Shown here: positions 1 to 8,678 of the stretch, piece after piece
Numbering within the stretch: the stretch's first letter is position 1
Layout of the letters: every line of letters begins with the position of its first letter
NCBI GenBank assembly: GCA_020854015.1
Contig: JADZGG010000287.1
Span: forward strand, 1-33,685
Source of the DNA: Flavobacteriales bacterium
Lineage (GTDB): Bacteria; Bacteroidota; Bacteroidia; Flavobacteriales_F; PHOS-HE28
Length of the DNA: 33,685 nucleotides
Direction: 5' to 3'
Notes under the pieces: generated by a model
Told to the model about the DNA's origin: nothing
The model's input: only the letters and a program-made list of their open reading frames with translations
Databases searched by the model: none
Translations under genes and position numbers: made by a program

Positions 1-546
1 GCGATCTATGGAAGCGCGATCATCGCCGAAGGCGGCAAGTGCTTCAACCGCGGCCTCTTCGTGAAGCCCGACGGGACCGTGGTCACATACGATAAGCGTC
101 ATCTGTTCCGCATGGCAGAGGAGTTCCAGCACTATACACCCGGCTCTCAGCGCGTGGTGGTGGAATGGCGTGGCTGGAGGCTGTTGTTGCAGATCTGCTA
201 CGACCTGCGCTTTCCGGTCTTCGCTCGCAACCGAGGCGACTACGATGCACTGTTGTATGTGGCCAACTGGCCGGAACCGCGGCGCTATCCGTGGAGCCAG
301 TTGCTCATTGCCCGCGCCATCGAGAACCAGAGCTATGTGATCGGCGTGAACCGCGTGGGCATGGACGGCAAAGGTCACCACTACACCGGCGATTCAGCCT
401 CCGTGGACCCGCGCGGCGATGCGGACGTGATGAAGGCGTCCAAGGAGGATGTGCTGCAATCGGTGCTCCATCGTGAGGCCTTGGATGACTTCCGGGCGAA
501 GTTCCCGGTGGCCATGGATGCGGATGATTTCGGTCTGATGCTCTAA
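1..546 (+). CDS. yafV: Carbon-nitrogen hydrolase family amidohydrolase, YafV-like omega-amidase. The 5' end lies outside the window.
   Basis: The frame is open from base 1 (AIYGSAIIAEGGKCFNRGLF...) into the 61..546 ORF. The motif run DKRHLFRMAEE...VVEWRGWRLLLQICYDLRFPVFARN..DYDALLYVANWPEPRR..W..LLIARAIENQSYVIGVNRVG.DG.GHHYTGDS is nearly collinear with E. coli YafV as I recall it. TAA stop at 544..546. Confidence 0.85.
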   Translation, partial: AIYGSAIIAEGGKCFNRGLFVKPDGTVVTYDKRHLFRMAEEFQHYTPGSQRVVVEWRGWRLLLQICYDLRFPVFARNRGDYDALLYVANWPEPRRYPWSQLLIARAIENQSYVIGVNRVGMDGKGHHYTGDSASVDPRGDADVMKASKEDVLQSVLHREALDDFRAKFPVAMDADDFGLML

Positions 547-3500
547 CGCATCACCGTGACGTGCCCAAGCTCCTTGTGGAGCCTACCCTGCTGGCCGTTC
601 TCATCCTCCAGGAAGGTGTATTCCATGCGCCATACGTACACGTCGTTCTTCACGTATTCGCCGCTCATGGTGCCGTCCCAACCCACCTGCGGATCGTTGG
701 ACTGGAAAATGATGCCACCCCAGCGATCGAAGACCTGTACGGAGTATTCACCGATGTTCTTGCCGACCGGCAGCCAGATGTCGTTGGTGCCATCGCCGTT
801 CGGCGTGAAGGTGTTCGGTACGTAGAGCGTGGCCGGGCAGAACTCGATCACTTCCGCGGAGTCACGGGTCGCGCAGTCGTGCACATTGGTCACTTGTACG
901 TAGTACCAACCGTAGGCCCCGGCAAGGATCACCTGTGAGGTCTCTCCGGTGCTCCAGTCGTATTCGCTGCCTTCGTTCCCAGCGTTGATCACCACGTAAC
1001 CCGGATCCTCGTCCAGGCAGGTGTAGAACTTGCGGTCGATGAAGCGCGTGGGAGATGGATTGAAGGTGGCGGTAAGGGCGTCGCTACTGGTGCAGTAGCC
1101 GTTGCTCACGGTCACAGTATAGGTGCCGCCGCTCGTGACATCGAGCGTACGTGTGTTCTGGCCGCTGCTCCAGGTGTACGTGGAACCGGGGTTCCCTGCA
1201 TCCAGCGTGAGGACATCCCCATCGCAGAGCACGCTGTCGGGCCCTAGATCCACGACCGGGAAGCCCACCAGTGTTACGGTCGCATCCGCCGTGATGCTAC
1301 AGTTGGTGCTGTTGGTGACTACCACGGAATAGTTGCCGGACGTCGTCGGGTTGATGATGGAGGTTGTGGCGCCGGTGTTCCACTGGTAAGTGCAGCCCGG
1401 GTTGCCCGCGTTCAAGGTCACGGTCTGATCCACACAAGTGGTCACGTTCTGCAACACATCCAAGGGTATCGGATCGAACGTCACCGTGATGGCATCGCTA
1501 CCAAGGCAGAATCCATTGCTGGCGGTCACGCTGTACGTTCCACTCTGCGACGGGCTGATGGTCTGAGTCGTCGCCCCGTTGCTCCAGAGGTAGGTAGCAC
1601 CACTGTTCCCGGCATCAAGTGCGATCGTTTGACCAGCGCAGAGTGTCGTGTCGTTGCCAAGGTCGACGGTGATCAACGGCATGAAGGTGACCACTGCGTT
1701 GAAGGTGCCGCTGCAACCTTGGGCGTTGGTGACCATCACACTGTAAGTACCGCTTTGCGTTGGGCTGATGGATTGCGTGGTCGTTCCAGCGTTCCACATG
1801 TACGTGCTGCCTGCGTTACCTGCGTTGAGCGTTACGGGCGTGCTCGAACACGTGGTGATATCCTGAAGAACATCAACTGGCATCGGGTTGAAGGTGACGT
1901 TGATCGCATCACCGTTCTGGCAACCTTGAGGACTAGTGACCAGCACCGAATAGATGGCGCTCTGCGTCACACTGATCTGCTGGGTGGTCTGTCCGCCGCT
2001 CCATAGCACTGCGTTACCGGGGCTGTTGGCGTTGAGCACTTGGTTCGTGGCGCCGCACAAGCTGAGATCCGGACCGAGGTTCACGGCGGGCAGTGGGTTG
2101 AACGTGAGGAAGTAGTTCTTCACGGTCACGCAGCCCATGGGGTCGGTGATCTCCGCAGTGTATTGGCCGTTGGTCGTGGCGCTGATGGTCTGTGTGGTGG
2201 CGCCCGTGTTCCAGAGGTAGGCCGAGCCAGGATATCCAGCGTCCAGCGGAATGGCGGTTCCCGCGCACGCGGAGAGGTTGATCGGCGTGACCAGGTTGTC
2301 CCACGCGGAGATGATGGTGCTGCTGTCCGTGAAGGAACACCCGTTCGCATCGGTCACAGTAACGAAGTAGGTGGCCGTGGTGTCAGCGACGATCGTTGGA
2401 GCGGAAATGGAGGAACTGTTGAGGAATTGCCCGTTGCTCCACTGGATCGTGAAGGGTGCCGGTACATTGTGCACCACGTTCAGTTGGAAGCCAAGGGTGG
2501 AACAAAGCGTGTCGTTTGCCGTAGCGTCCACCGTGTACGGACCGTTCACATGCAGGGTGATGCTCGCGCTGCGCTGGCAACCGCTGGCGGGCTCGGTCAC
2601 CAAGCAGGTGTAGTTGGTGGTGGTACCAGGTTGTGCGGTGGGGTTGGCTATGGTCGCATTGTTCAGTCCGCTGGCGGGGCTCCAGGCGTAGGTGAACACG
2701 CCAGAGCCCGTTGCAAGAGCGCTCAGTGTTGCACTTTCTCCAGGACAAAGCTGCGTGTCGGTGCTGCTCACAGTAAGACCGGAGAGGTTGCCGACCGTAA
2801 TGGTCATGGCGTCGCTGTCCGTGCAGCCGATGTCCGTGGTAGCGGTAATTGTGTAAGTGGTCGTGACCGTTGGTGTAGCGGTCGGGTTCACGATGGTTGC
2901 ATTGTTAAGGCTGCCGTTGGCCGGGGCCCAGGACCAGCTCGTTACGTTGCCTGCGGTAATGGTCGCGTTCAAGGCCACGCTGGATCCTGCGGTGCAGAGC
3001 GTGGTATCGTCGCCAGCGAAGACCTGGAAGGCGGGTTGCACGACCACCTGCACATCATCCTGCGCGGTGCAACCGTTGGCTGTGGAGGCCGTGATGGCGT
3101 AGTTGGTCGTGGCCGTTGGTGTCGACGCAGTGCTTGCGGCGTTCGGGGTTGCGAGACCTGCTGAAGGTGACCAAGCGAAGCTTAGCCCCGTGTTGCTGTT
3201 CTGTGAAATGATCACATCGTCGATGGCCCAGTTGTCCTGGCCAGCGCCGCTATGGGAGAGCTGGCGCCAGCGGAAGAGCGTGGCGGCGGATTGAGCGGCT
3301 GCGGGAACGGCCACGTTGAGCGCTGTGAAGGCAGGATAGGCGTTCTCGTTGAATGTGGCAAAAGGAGCGGACCAAGTGCTACCGTTGTTCACTGAGTACT
3401 CAAGCACCACGTTCTCTCCCGGATCGGCGTTGTCGCAAGGCGCGGTGCCCGTGGCGATCTTCAACGCAAAGCGGATCGCTCCACCACTGCTCATGTTCAA

Positions 3501-5624
3501 GGCTGTTGTGCGTGCTTCCCGGAACGTGTTGCCGTTGAAGTACAAGGCATCACCGGAAACGGAACCGCACGTACTGTTGGCCACGGCACCCATTACGGAG
3601 GACCACATGCTACCGAAGGTTCCGTTGAAGCCGTCGCTCACCACCATCTGTTCGGCCAGCGCGTTCAACAGGACCTGTTCACCGGAGCAGACCGCGCTAT
3701 CGTTCACGCTGGCCTTTACGGCCATCAGCCCGCTCGGAAGCACCGAGACGAGAATGCTGTCGGAGACACTGCCGCAACCCACGGGGCTGCTCACATTCAA
3801 CCGGAACCAGGTATTGGCTTGTGGGTAGGCGATGGGGTTGGCGATCGTGGGGTCGGAAAGCACGGTGCCGGGGCTCCACAGCAGGTCGAACACGTTGGGG
3901 TCCGGTGCAGGTGAAACGTTCAGTTGCACAGCGCCGAACTGGCACACTGTAGCGCTGGGCATGTTGTTCGCGGTCAGCGTCAATGCCGGCTGCACGGGAA
4001 GGCCGACGTGATAGGTGAAGGTCACTGGGCAACCGCTACCAGGGACTTCGCCGTTCACGGTGTACGAATCGTTCGAAGTGGGTGTGAGCGTGTAGCTGGG
4101 TCCTGTAGCGAGGATCACGCTCGGGGCGCTCGCTGCGGTCCACTCCGCATTGGTGATGGGCTGTGGGGCGGTTAACACCAGCGGTCCGGAGCTACAGATC
4201 GTGGAGTCGTTAGGCGCTCCAGCGATGGCCTTGCTGCTCAGGGTGAAGGCATAGCTCTCGCCTGTCCCCGCGCCCATAGCGTAGGCGAGGAAGCCGCCGG
4301 TTGCGGCCAAACGGTGCGTTCCCACAGGGATCGTGACCTTGGCATGTGAGAACCCGTTGCAAGCAGTGAAGGCTTGGAATAGCGAAGCGCTGACAGGCGT
4401 TCCGTCGAGCAGCAGCTGTCCGGTGTTCGCCGTGGACATGACCACGCTGATGCTGTGCTGTGTGATCTGCGGAGAGGTCACAGTGCTGAACACTACACTT
4501 GTGGTCACTCGTTCATCGGGCATTAGCTCGATCATGGAGGGGTCGCCCGTAGTGGCACAGTTGAAACCTTCCATGAGTTGGGCCACACTGACCGGCTTGT
4601 CGGCCGCAATGCAGACAGGGACGGATGCACCGTTGACCAGGTGGCTTTGACCGGCGTTCAACAGGATCGGCGCGCCGCCATCAATGGTCACTGAGGTGCT
4701 GTTCTGGTCGGCGAGGATGCGGTAGGTATGGGTGACCGCACCGGTAAGGGGGATCGTATGGAAGTTCTGGCCCCATCGGTCAGTGGAAACCATCTGCTCC
4801 ACGACGTGGTCACATGCGGGACAACCGGCCGGCACGTTCGCGCACATGCTTCCGCTGAACACGGCGAAGGGTCGGCAAGGACCGCTGTTCGCGGTGGCCC
4901 GTACGGTCGTTCCGGTAACGTCCAGCGAAGCCAGAGCGGATTGCACCTGATAGCTCTGTCCGGCATCGAGCGAAACGAGGAAGGGAACGCCAGCGGCGCG
5001 ACCACCGGAGGTGTTCACGCTCGGCACGATCTCCACTTCCGTATCGTCCTGGGTGGCTACAACGAGCAGCTCGCTCTTGTAGAAATCCGCGAAACCGGGA
5101 AGCCCCCGATAGCTCTGTGCGCGGTAGCTGGTGCCAAGCGCTTCCGTAGGAAGAACCTGTGCCCCGTCCGTCGTGAAGCTCTGGAAGCTCTCCAAGCTCA
5201 CGGTCACGCTGTCGTTCGTTTGGAGAAGAACACCCTTGTCGCTTAATACTTCGCTGCCGGTGTGCTCGTTGGTGACCGGGATGATCAGGGTGGCGACGTC
5301 GTTGGCTGATACGGTGAAGGTGCTGCTCCACCCGCTACGTGGTATGCTGATGGTGCCGCTCGTGCCGTTCTGAGAAGCGACCCGCACGCGGAGCTCTTGC
5401 GCCCCGTAGGCGTTCTGCATGAAGCCTAGCCAGAACTCCCGGCCTTTCGTGGGCAGGGGTGCCAAGCCTTGGGCCTGTGCCATGTTCGCGCAAAGCAGGA
5501 GGGCCAGGAACAGGGCCCAGAGCAGCCAGCGTCCTGTAGTGGGAAACGCTTGCTGCTGCACGGATGCGGGTGTGGTTGGTCGTGTCGTTTCCACCGAGCG
5601 GCGGTGTGGTATGCCGCCCTTCAT
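543..5624 (-). CDS. Giant T9SS cargo/adhesin. Order of parts: signal peptide; IgGFc-binding-protein-N-terminal-like domain (GREFWLGFMQN..., CRPFAVFSGSMCANVPAGCPACDHVVEQM); reelin-subrepeat/MAM-like beta-sandwich; Ig-like modules; type B (gliding motility-associated, CHU_C) C-terminal sorting domain.
   Basis: Uninterrupted 1699-codon ORF. The C-terminus YVPNTFTPNGDGTNDIW...VFDRWGGIIF...WDG...G.YVW...GHVTVMR is the hallmark of the type B T9SS CTD (TIGR04131-like). Hydrophobic signal segment RWLLWALFLALLLCANMAQAQG. The ORF-track start at 5642 is a TTG. The first ATG is at 5624, and in-frame GTGs closer to the signal peptide are also possible, so the start is uncertain by tens of nt. Confidence 0.9.
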   Translation of the reverse strand: MKGGIPHRRSVETTRPTTPASVQQQAFPTTGRWLLWALFLALLLCANMAQAQGLAPLPTKGREFWLGFMQNAYGAQELRVRVASQNGTSGTISIPRSGWSSTFTVSANDVATLIIPVTNEHTGSEVLSDKGVLLQTNDSVTVSLESFQSFTTDGAQVLPTEALGTSYRAQSYRGLPGFADFYKSELLVVATQDDTEVEIVPSVNTSGGRAAGVPFLVSLDAGQSYQVQSALASLDVTGTTVRATANSGPCRPFAVFSGSMCANVPAGCPACDHVVEQMVSTDRWGQNFHTIPLTGAVTHTYRILADQNSTSVTIDGGAPILLNAGQSHLVNGASVPVCIAADKPVSVAQLMEGFNCATTGDPSMIELMPDERVTTSVVFSTVTSPQITQHSISVVMSTANTGQLLLDGTPVSASLFQAFTACNGFSHAKVTIPVGTHRLAATGGFLAYAMGAGTGESYAFTLSSKAIAGAPNDSTICSSGPLVLTAPQPITNAEWTAASAPSVILATGPSYTLTPTSNDSYTVNGEVPGSGCPVTFTYHVGLPVQPALTLTANNMPSATVCQFGAVQLNVSPAPDPNVFDLLWSPGTVLSDPTIANPIAYPQANTWFRLNVSSPVGCGSVSDSILVSVLPSGLMAVKASVNDSAVCSGEQVLLNALAEQMVVSDGFNGTFGSMWSSVMGAVANSTCGSVSGDALYFNGNTFREARTTALNMSSGGAIRFALKIATGTAPCDNADPGENVVLEYSVNNGSTWSAPFATFNENAYPAFTALNVAVPAAAQSAATLFRWRQLSHSGAGQDNWAIDDVIISQNSNTGLSFAWSPSAGLATPNAASTASTPTATTNYAITASTANGCTAQDDVQVVVQPAFQVFAGDDTTLCTAGSSVALNATITAGNVTSWSWAPANGSLNNATIVNPTATPTVTTTYTITATTDIGCTDSDAMTITVGNLSGLTVSSTDTQLCPGESATLSALATGSGVFTYAWSPASGLNNATIANPTAQPGTTTNYTCLVTEPASGCQRSASITLHVNGPYTVDATANDTLCSTLGFQLNVVHNVPAPFTIQWSNGQFLNSSSISAPTIVADTTATYFVTVTDANGCSFTDSSTIISAWDNLVTPINLSACAGTAIPLDAGYPGSAYLWNTGATTQTISATTNGQYTAEITDPMGCVTVKNYFLTFNPLPAVNLGPDLSLCGATNQVLNANSPGNAVLWSGGQTTQQISVTQSAIYSVLVTSPQGCQNGDAINVTFNPMPVDVLQDITTCSSTPVTLNAGNAGSTYMWNAGTTTQSISPTQSGTYSVMVTNAQGCSGTFNAVVTFMPLITVDLGNDTTLCAGQTIALDAGNSGATYLWSNGATTQTISPSQSGTYSVTASNGFCLGSDAITVTFDPIPLDVLQNVTTCVDQTVTLNAGNPGCTYQWNTGATTSIINPTTSGNYSVVVTNSTNCSITADATVTLVGFPVVDLGPDSVLCDGDVLTLDAGNPGSTYTWSSGQNTRTLDVTSGGTYTVTVSNGYCTSSDALTATFNPSPTRFIDRKFYTCLDEDPGYVVINAGNEGSEYDWSTGETSQVILAGAYGWYYVQVTNVHDCATRDSAEVIEFCPATLYVPNTFTPNGDGTNDIWLPVGKNIGEYSVQVFDRWGGIIFQSNDPQVGWDGTMSGEYVKNDVYVWRMEYTFLEDENGQQGRLHKELGHVTVMR
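840..2294 (-). repeat. Seven tandem ~69-aa (~207 nt) Ig-like coding modules inside the 543..5624 adhesin.
   Basis: The recurrent pattern P.P.V.LG.D..LC.G....LDAGN.G..Y.WS.G.TTQ.I.V...G.Y.V.V....C...D.I.V.F appears seven times between about aa 1117 and 1601 of the ORF translation. The copies are diverged, not identical DNA. Confidence 0.75.
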
Positions 5625-5660
5625 ACGCGATCCAGCGGTCAAGGTTCCCGGCAGAACGTA

Positions 5661-5690
5661 CGAAAGCCGGGGTGTTCGCCCCGGCTTTCG
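5661..5690 (-). terminator. Stem-loop between the two adhesin paralogs; candidate intrinsic terminator for the upstream gene.
   Basis: Perfect 12-bp inverted repeat CGAAAGCCGGGG (5661..5672) / CCCCGGCTTTCG (5679..5690) with a 6-nt loop. It begins 19 nt after the TGA of the 5709.. gene. There is no clear U-tract, which is common in Bacteroidota. Confidence 0.5.
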
Positions 5691-5708
5691 AAGAGATCGA
5701 GCGATCGA

Positions 5709-8675
5709 TCAGCGCACCAAGGTCACATGGCCTACAGCCTCCTTCTTGGCACCAACATCGCCTTCCACATTGTCCACGAAGCGGTAGCTGCATTTCCAGA
5801 TATAGACACCGTCCTGAACGGGATTACCGTTCATGCTGCCATCCCAGAACGCTTCTGCATCCTTGCCGCTGAAGATCAGTTCACCCCACCGGTTGAAGAT
5901 GTTCATCTCCACGGCCGCAATGTTCCAGCCATCCGGACCGAACATGTCGTTCACGCCGTCTCCATCAGGCGTAAAGGTGTTGGGAACGAAGAACTGCGAA
6001 GCGCAATACTCTTCGATCAATACACTGTCCACAATGGTGCAGTTCAGCGGGGTGGTGATCTCCACCATGTACCAGCCGTAGCTCTCAACATCGATCACCT
6101 GGGTGGAAGCATCAGTGCTCCACAGGAAGGTGCAGCCAGGGTTGCCTGCATCCAGCACGGTCTTGTAAGGTGGGTAGTCCAGGCAGACCACACGCTGTTC
6201 CTCGTCGATGTAGTTGGGCAATGGGTTGAACACCGCTTCCAAGGAATCGCGGGTCACGCAATAGCCGTTGTCGACATCCACCCACACCATTGCATCGGTC
6301 AATAGGGTGATCGTTGAGAGGTTGCTGCCAGTGCTCCAGGTGAATTGCGCACCGGGGTTCCCGGCGTCCAGCGTCAGGATGTCAGTATCACAGAGCGCGG
6401 TATCCGGCCCGATGTCCACGACCGGGAATGGGATGAAGGTGATCACGGCCGTGCTCGAATCCACACACCACGTCGGGGTTGTCACCACCACCGAATAGGT
6501 ATCGGTTGCATCATTCAAAACGATGGACTGTGTGGTCGCGCCCGTGCTCCAGAGGTAACTGCTTCCTGCATTCTCAGCATCCAGTGTGATGGTCTCGCTC
6601 ACACATACCGTTGTGTCGTTCAGGTCCACAACGGGGAGCGGGTCGAACACAACGCCGATCGTATCCCGGTTCACGCAAGTGTTCTGATCCATCACTTCAG
6701 CCCAGTAGTTGCTATTGGTGGTCACTGTGATGGTCTGCGTGGTTTCGCCCGTGCTCCATAGGTAACTACTGCCCGGCGTGCCCGCGTCCAGTGTCCATTG
6801 CTCGCCCACACAGAGTGAAGTATCCGGCCCGAGGGTGACGACCGGTAAGGGGTCCACCGTAACGGTCGTTGTCACAACGATCTGACAACCTGTGCTGTCC
6901 ACCATGGTCACCGTATAGTTGCCGGCGCTGTTCACCCAGATGGTCTGTGTGGTGGGCCCGGTGTTCCAGGTATGGGATGCGTCAGGGTAGCCAGCGTCGA
7001 TCAGCATGCTGTCACCAGCGCAGAGCGAACTGTCCGCGATGAAGACCAGGTCCGAGAACGGCACCAAGATGTTCACCGTATCGCGGTCGCTGCAACCCAG
7101 CAAGGGATCTGTGACCTGTACGATGTATTGCGCGGTACTATCGAAGGTGATGGTCGGGGTGTTCGTGTTCGCGTTCAACAGGTAGTTGGCAGGTGTCCAG
7201 GCCACCACCGCACCGGGCACATTGTGCACCACGTTGAGCTGGAAGCCAACGGGGTTGCAGAGGATCGTATCGTTCGTGGCCACGGCATTGTACAGTGAGC
7301 TAACGTTGATCAGAACGCTATCCACCAGTGAACAACCGCTCAACGTATCCACCACGGTGCAGATGTAGTTGGTGGTGTTCGGCGGTGTGGCGATCTGGTT
7401 GGAGATGGCCGCGTTGTTCACCGTTGTGGACGGGTCCCAGCTGTAGGACAGGCCTGGCGGGTTGCCGAGAACGTTCGCGTTGAGCTGCGTGGTCTCTCCT
7501 TGGCACAGGTCATCATCCGTGGTGGTGACGGTCAATGAGAGCAGCTGGTTCACAACGATCGTTACGCTGTCAGTGACCGTGCAGCCGGCAGCGGTGCTCA
7601 CCTCCACGAAGTACTCAGTGGTGGTGGTGGGCGTAGCGATGGGGTTCTCAACGAAGGTCGCGCTCAGGTTGGTCGAGGGCGTCCAGTTCCAAACATGGCC
7701 TGTTCCGGAGCTGGGCGTTGCGTGCAATTGGATCCCGGCCACATCGCAAAGCGCGGTGTCGTTGGTGACCGCGATCGTGAAGGGCAGGCCGACATCGATG
7801 AAGACGGAATCCGTGTAGGTACAGCCGGTCAGCGCGTCAACGGAGTTGATGTAGTAATAGCCCGGTGCATTGGGATAGGCCATCGGGTTCTGCACAGCAG
7901 GATCGCTCAGGGTGGTTCCGGGGGACCAGCTGAAGAGCAGGTTGCCCGGGCCGTTGGCCGCGATCACCACGTTGTCCAGGGCCCAATTGTCCTCTCCAGC
8001 TCCGGTGCTCAGTGTTTGCACCCAGCGGAAGGCTGTGTTCAGCGATTGGGCGGCCGCAGGGATCGGGACCGTAACCGTCGTGAAGGTCGGGTACAAGTAC
8101 TCCCAAAGAGTCGACATCGTCACCCACGGACCTGCGTTCACACTGTACTGCAGGAAGACATCCTCACCGACATCAGCATTTTCGCAAGGGGCCAGACCAG
8201 CCCCGATATGGATGGCGAATTGGACGCTTCCTCCTGCGGAAACGTTCATGGGTTGGGTCTCGGCAAACCGCAGACCGGCACCATCGAACCAGAGCGCACT
8301 GCCCGATACGGAACCGCACTGATTACCGATGACCGCATTCCCAAGACCGGCCCAGATGCTGCCAGGAGCGAAGTCCAGCGCATCCTGTGCGATGATCTGT
8401 TGCACATCAAGGCTCAGCTGGGTGCTATCACCTAAACAGACCGCATCATCCGCCGTGCTGGCTTCATGGATCAGGACCGCACCCGGAAGAACATCGATGT
8501 ACACGCTATCAATGGCCACCGCACAGCCGTTCAGTGAGCTTACGCTGACATAGTACCAACCACTGACCGAAGGTGTTGCGATCGGGTTCGGTAACGAGCC
8601 ATCGTTCAGTTCAGGGTCCGGCCACCAATTGTACAGATAGGTGCCTACGGGATTCGCTGTCACATTGAGCTGCAC
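5709..8675 (-). CDS. C-terminal 988-codon fragment of the second type B CTD adhesin. It has the reelin-like domain, Ig-like modules and the type B CTD, but no signal peptide of its own.
   Basis: The ORF begins at a GTG three nt after an in-frame TAA. It ends FVPNTFTPDGDGVNDMF...IFNRWGELIF...WDGSMNG.PVQDGVYIW...GHVTLVR (type B CTD) and is collinear with residues ~572-1699 of the 543..5624 paralog. Confidence 0.8.
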   Translation of the reverse strand: MQLNVTANPVGTYLYNWWPDPELNDGSLPNPIATPSVSGWYYVSVSSLNGCAVAIDSVYIDVLPGAVLIHEASTADDAVCLGDSTQLSLDVQQIIAQDALDFAPGSIWAGLGNAVIGNQCGSVSGSALWFDGAGLRFAETQPMNVSAGGSVQFAIHIGAGLAPCENADVGEDVFLQYSVNAGPWVTMSTLWEYLYPTFTTVTVPIPAAAQSLNTAFRWVQTLSTGAGEDNWALDNVVIAANGPGNLLFSWSPGTTLSDPAVQNPMAYPNAPGYYYINSVDALTGCTYTDSVFIDVGLPFTIAVTNDTALCDVAGIQLHATPSSGTGHVWNWTPSTNLSATFVENPIATPTTTTEYFVEVSTAAGCTVTDSVTIVVNQLLSLTVTTTDDDLCQGETTQLNANVLGNPPGLSYSWDPSTTVNNAAISNQIATPPNTTNYICTVVDTLSGCSLVDSVLINVSSLYNAVATNDTILCNPVGFQLNVVHNVPGAVVAWTPANYLLNANTNTPTITFDSTAQYIVQVTDPLLGCSDRDTVNILVPFSDLVFIADSSLCAGDSMLIDAGYPDASHTWNTGPTTQTIWVNSAGNYTVTMVDSTGCQIVVTTTVTVDPLPVVTLGPDTSLCVGEQWTLDAGTPGSSYLWSTGETTQTITVTTNSNYWAEVMDQNTCVNRDTIGVVFDPLPVVDLNDTTVCVSETITLDAENAGSSYLWSTGATTQSIVLNDATDTYSVVVTTPTWCVDSSTAVITFIPFPVVDIGPDTALCDTDILTLDAGNPGAQFTWSTGSNLSTITLLTDAMVWVDVDNGYCVTRDSLEAVFNPLPNYIDEEQRVVCLDYPPYKTVLDAGNPGCTFLWSTDASTQVIDVESYGWYMVEITTPLNCTIVDSVLIEEYCASQFFVPNTFTPDGDGVNDMFGPDGWNIAAVEMNIFNRWGELIFSGKDAEAFWDGSMNGNPVQDGVYIWKCSYRFVDNVEGDVGAKKEAVGHVTLVR
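6006..7061 (-). repeat. Five tandem ~70-aa Ig-like coding modules in the second adhesin, the same module family as 840..2294.
   Basis: The pattern LC.G....LDAG.PG..Y.WSTG.TTQ.I.V......Y.V.V....C...D...V.F.PLP recurs five times between about aa 539 and 890 of the 988-aa translation. Confidence 0.7.
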
Positions 8676-8678
8676 GGG

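Noticed and set aside
2040-3164. Long ORFs antisense to, or out of frame with, the large genes. Examples: 2040..3164(+), 5469..6305(+), 7695..8435(+), 9324..9986(+), 10648..11544(+), 12590..13297(+), 13329..14015(-), 14349..15635(+), 16236..17147(+), 19038..19634(-), 24471..25028(-), 27240..27815(-), 30678..31631(-), 32070..33059(+).
   Set aside because: Each lies inside a gene with strong family motifs in another frame or on the other strand. Their translations are R/G/A/H-rich and low in complexity, as expected for stop-poor alternative frames of GC-rich DNA. None shows a recognisable motif.
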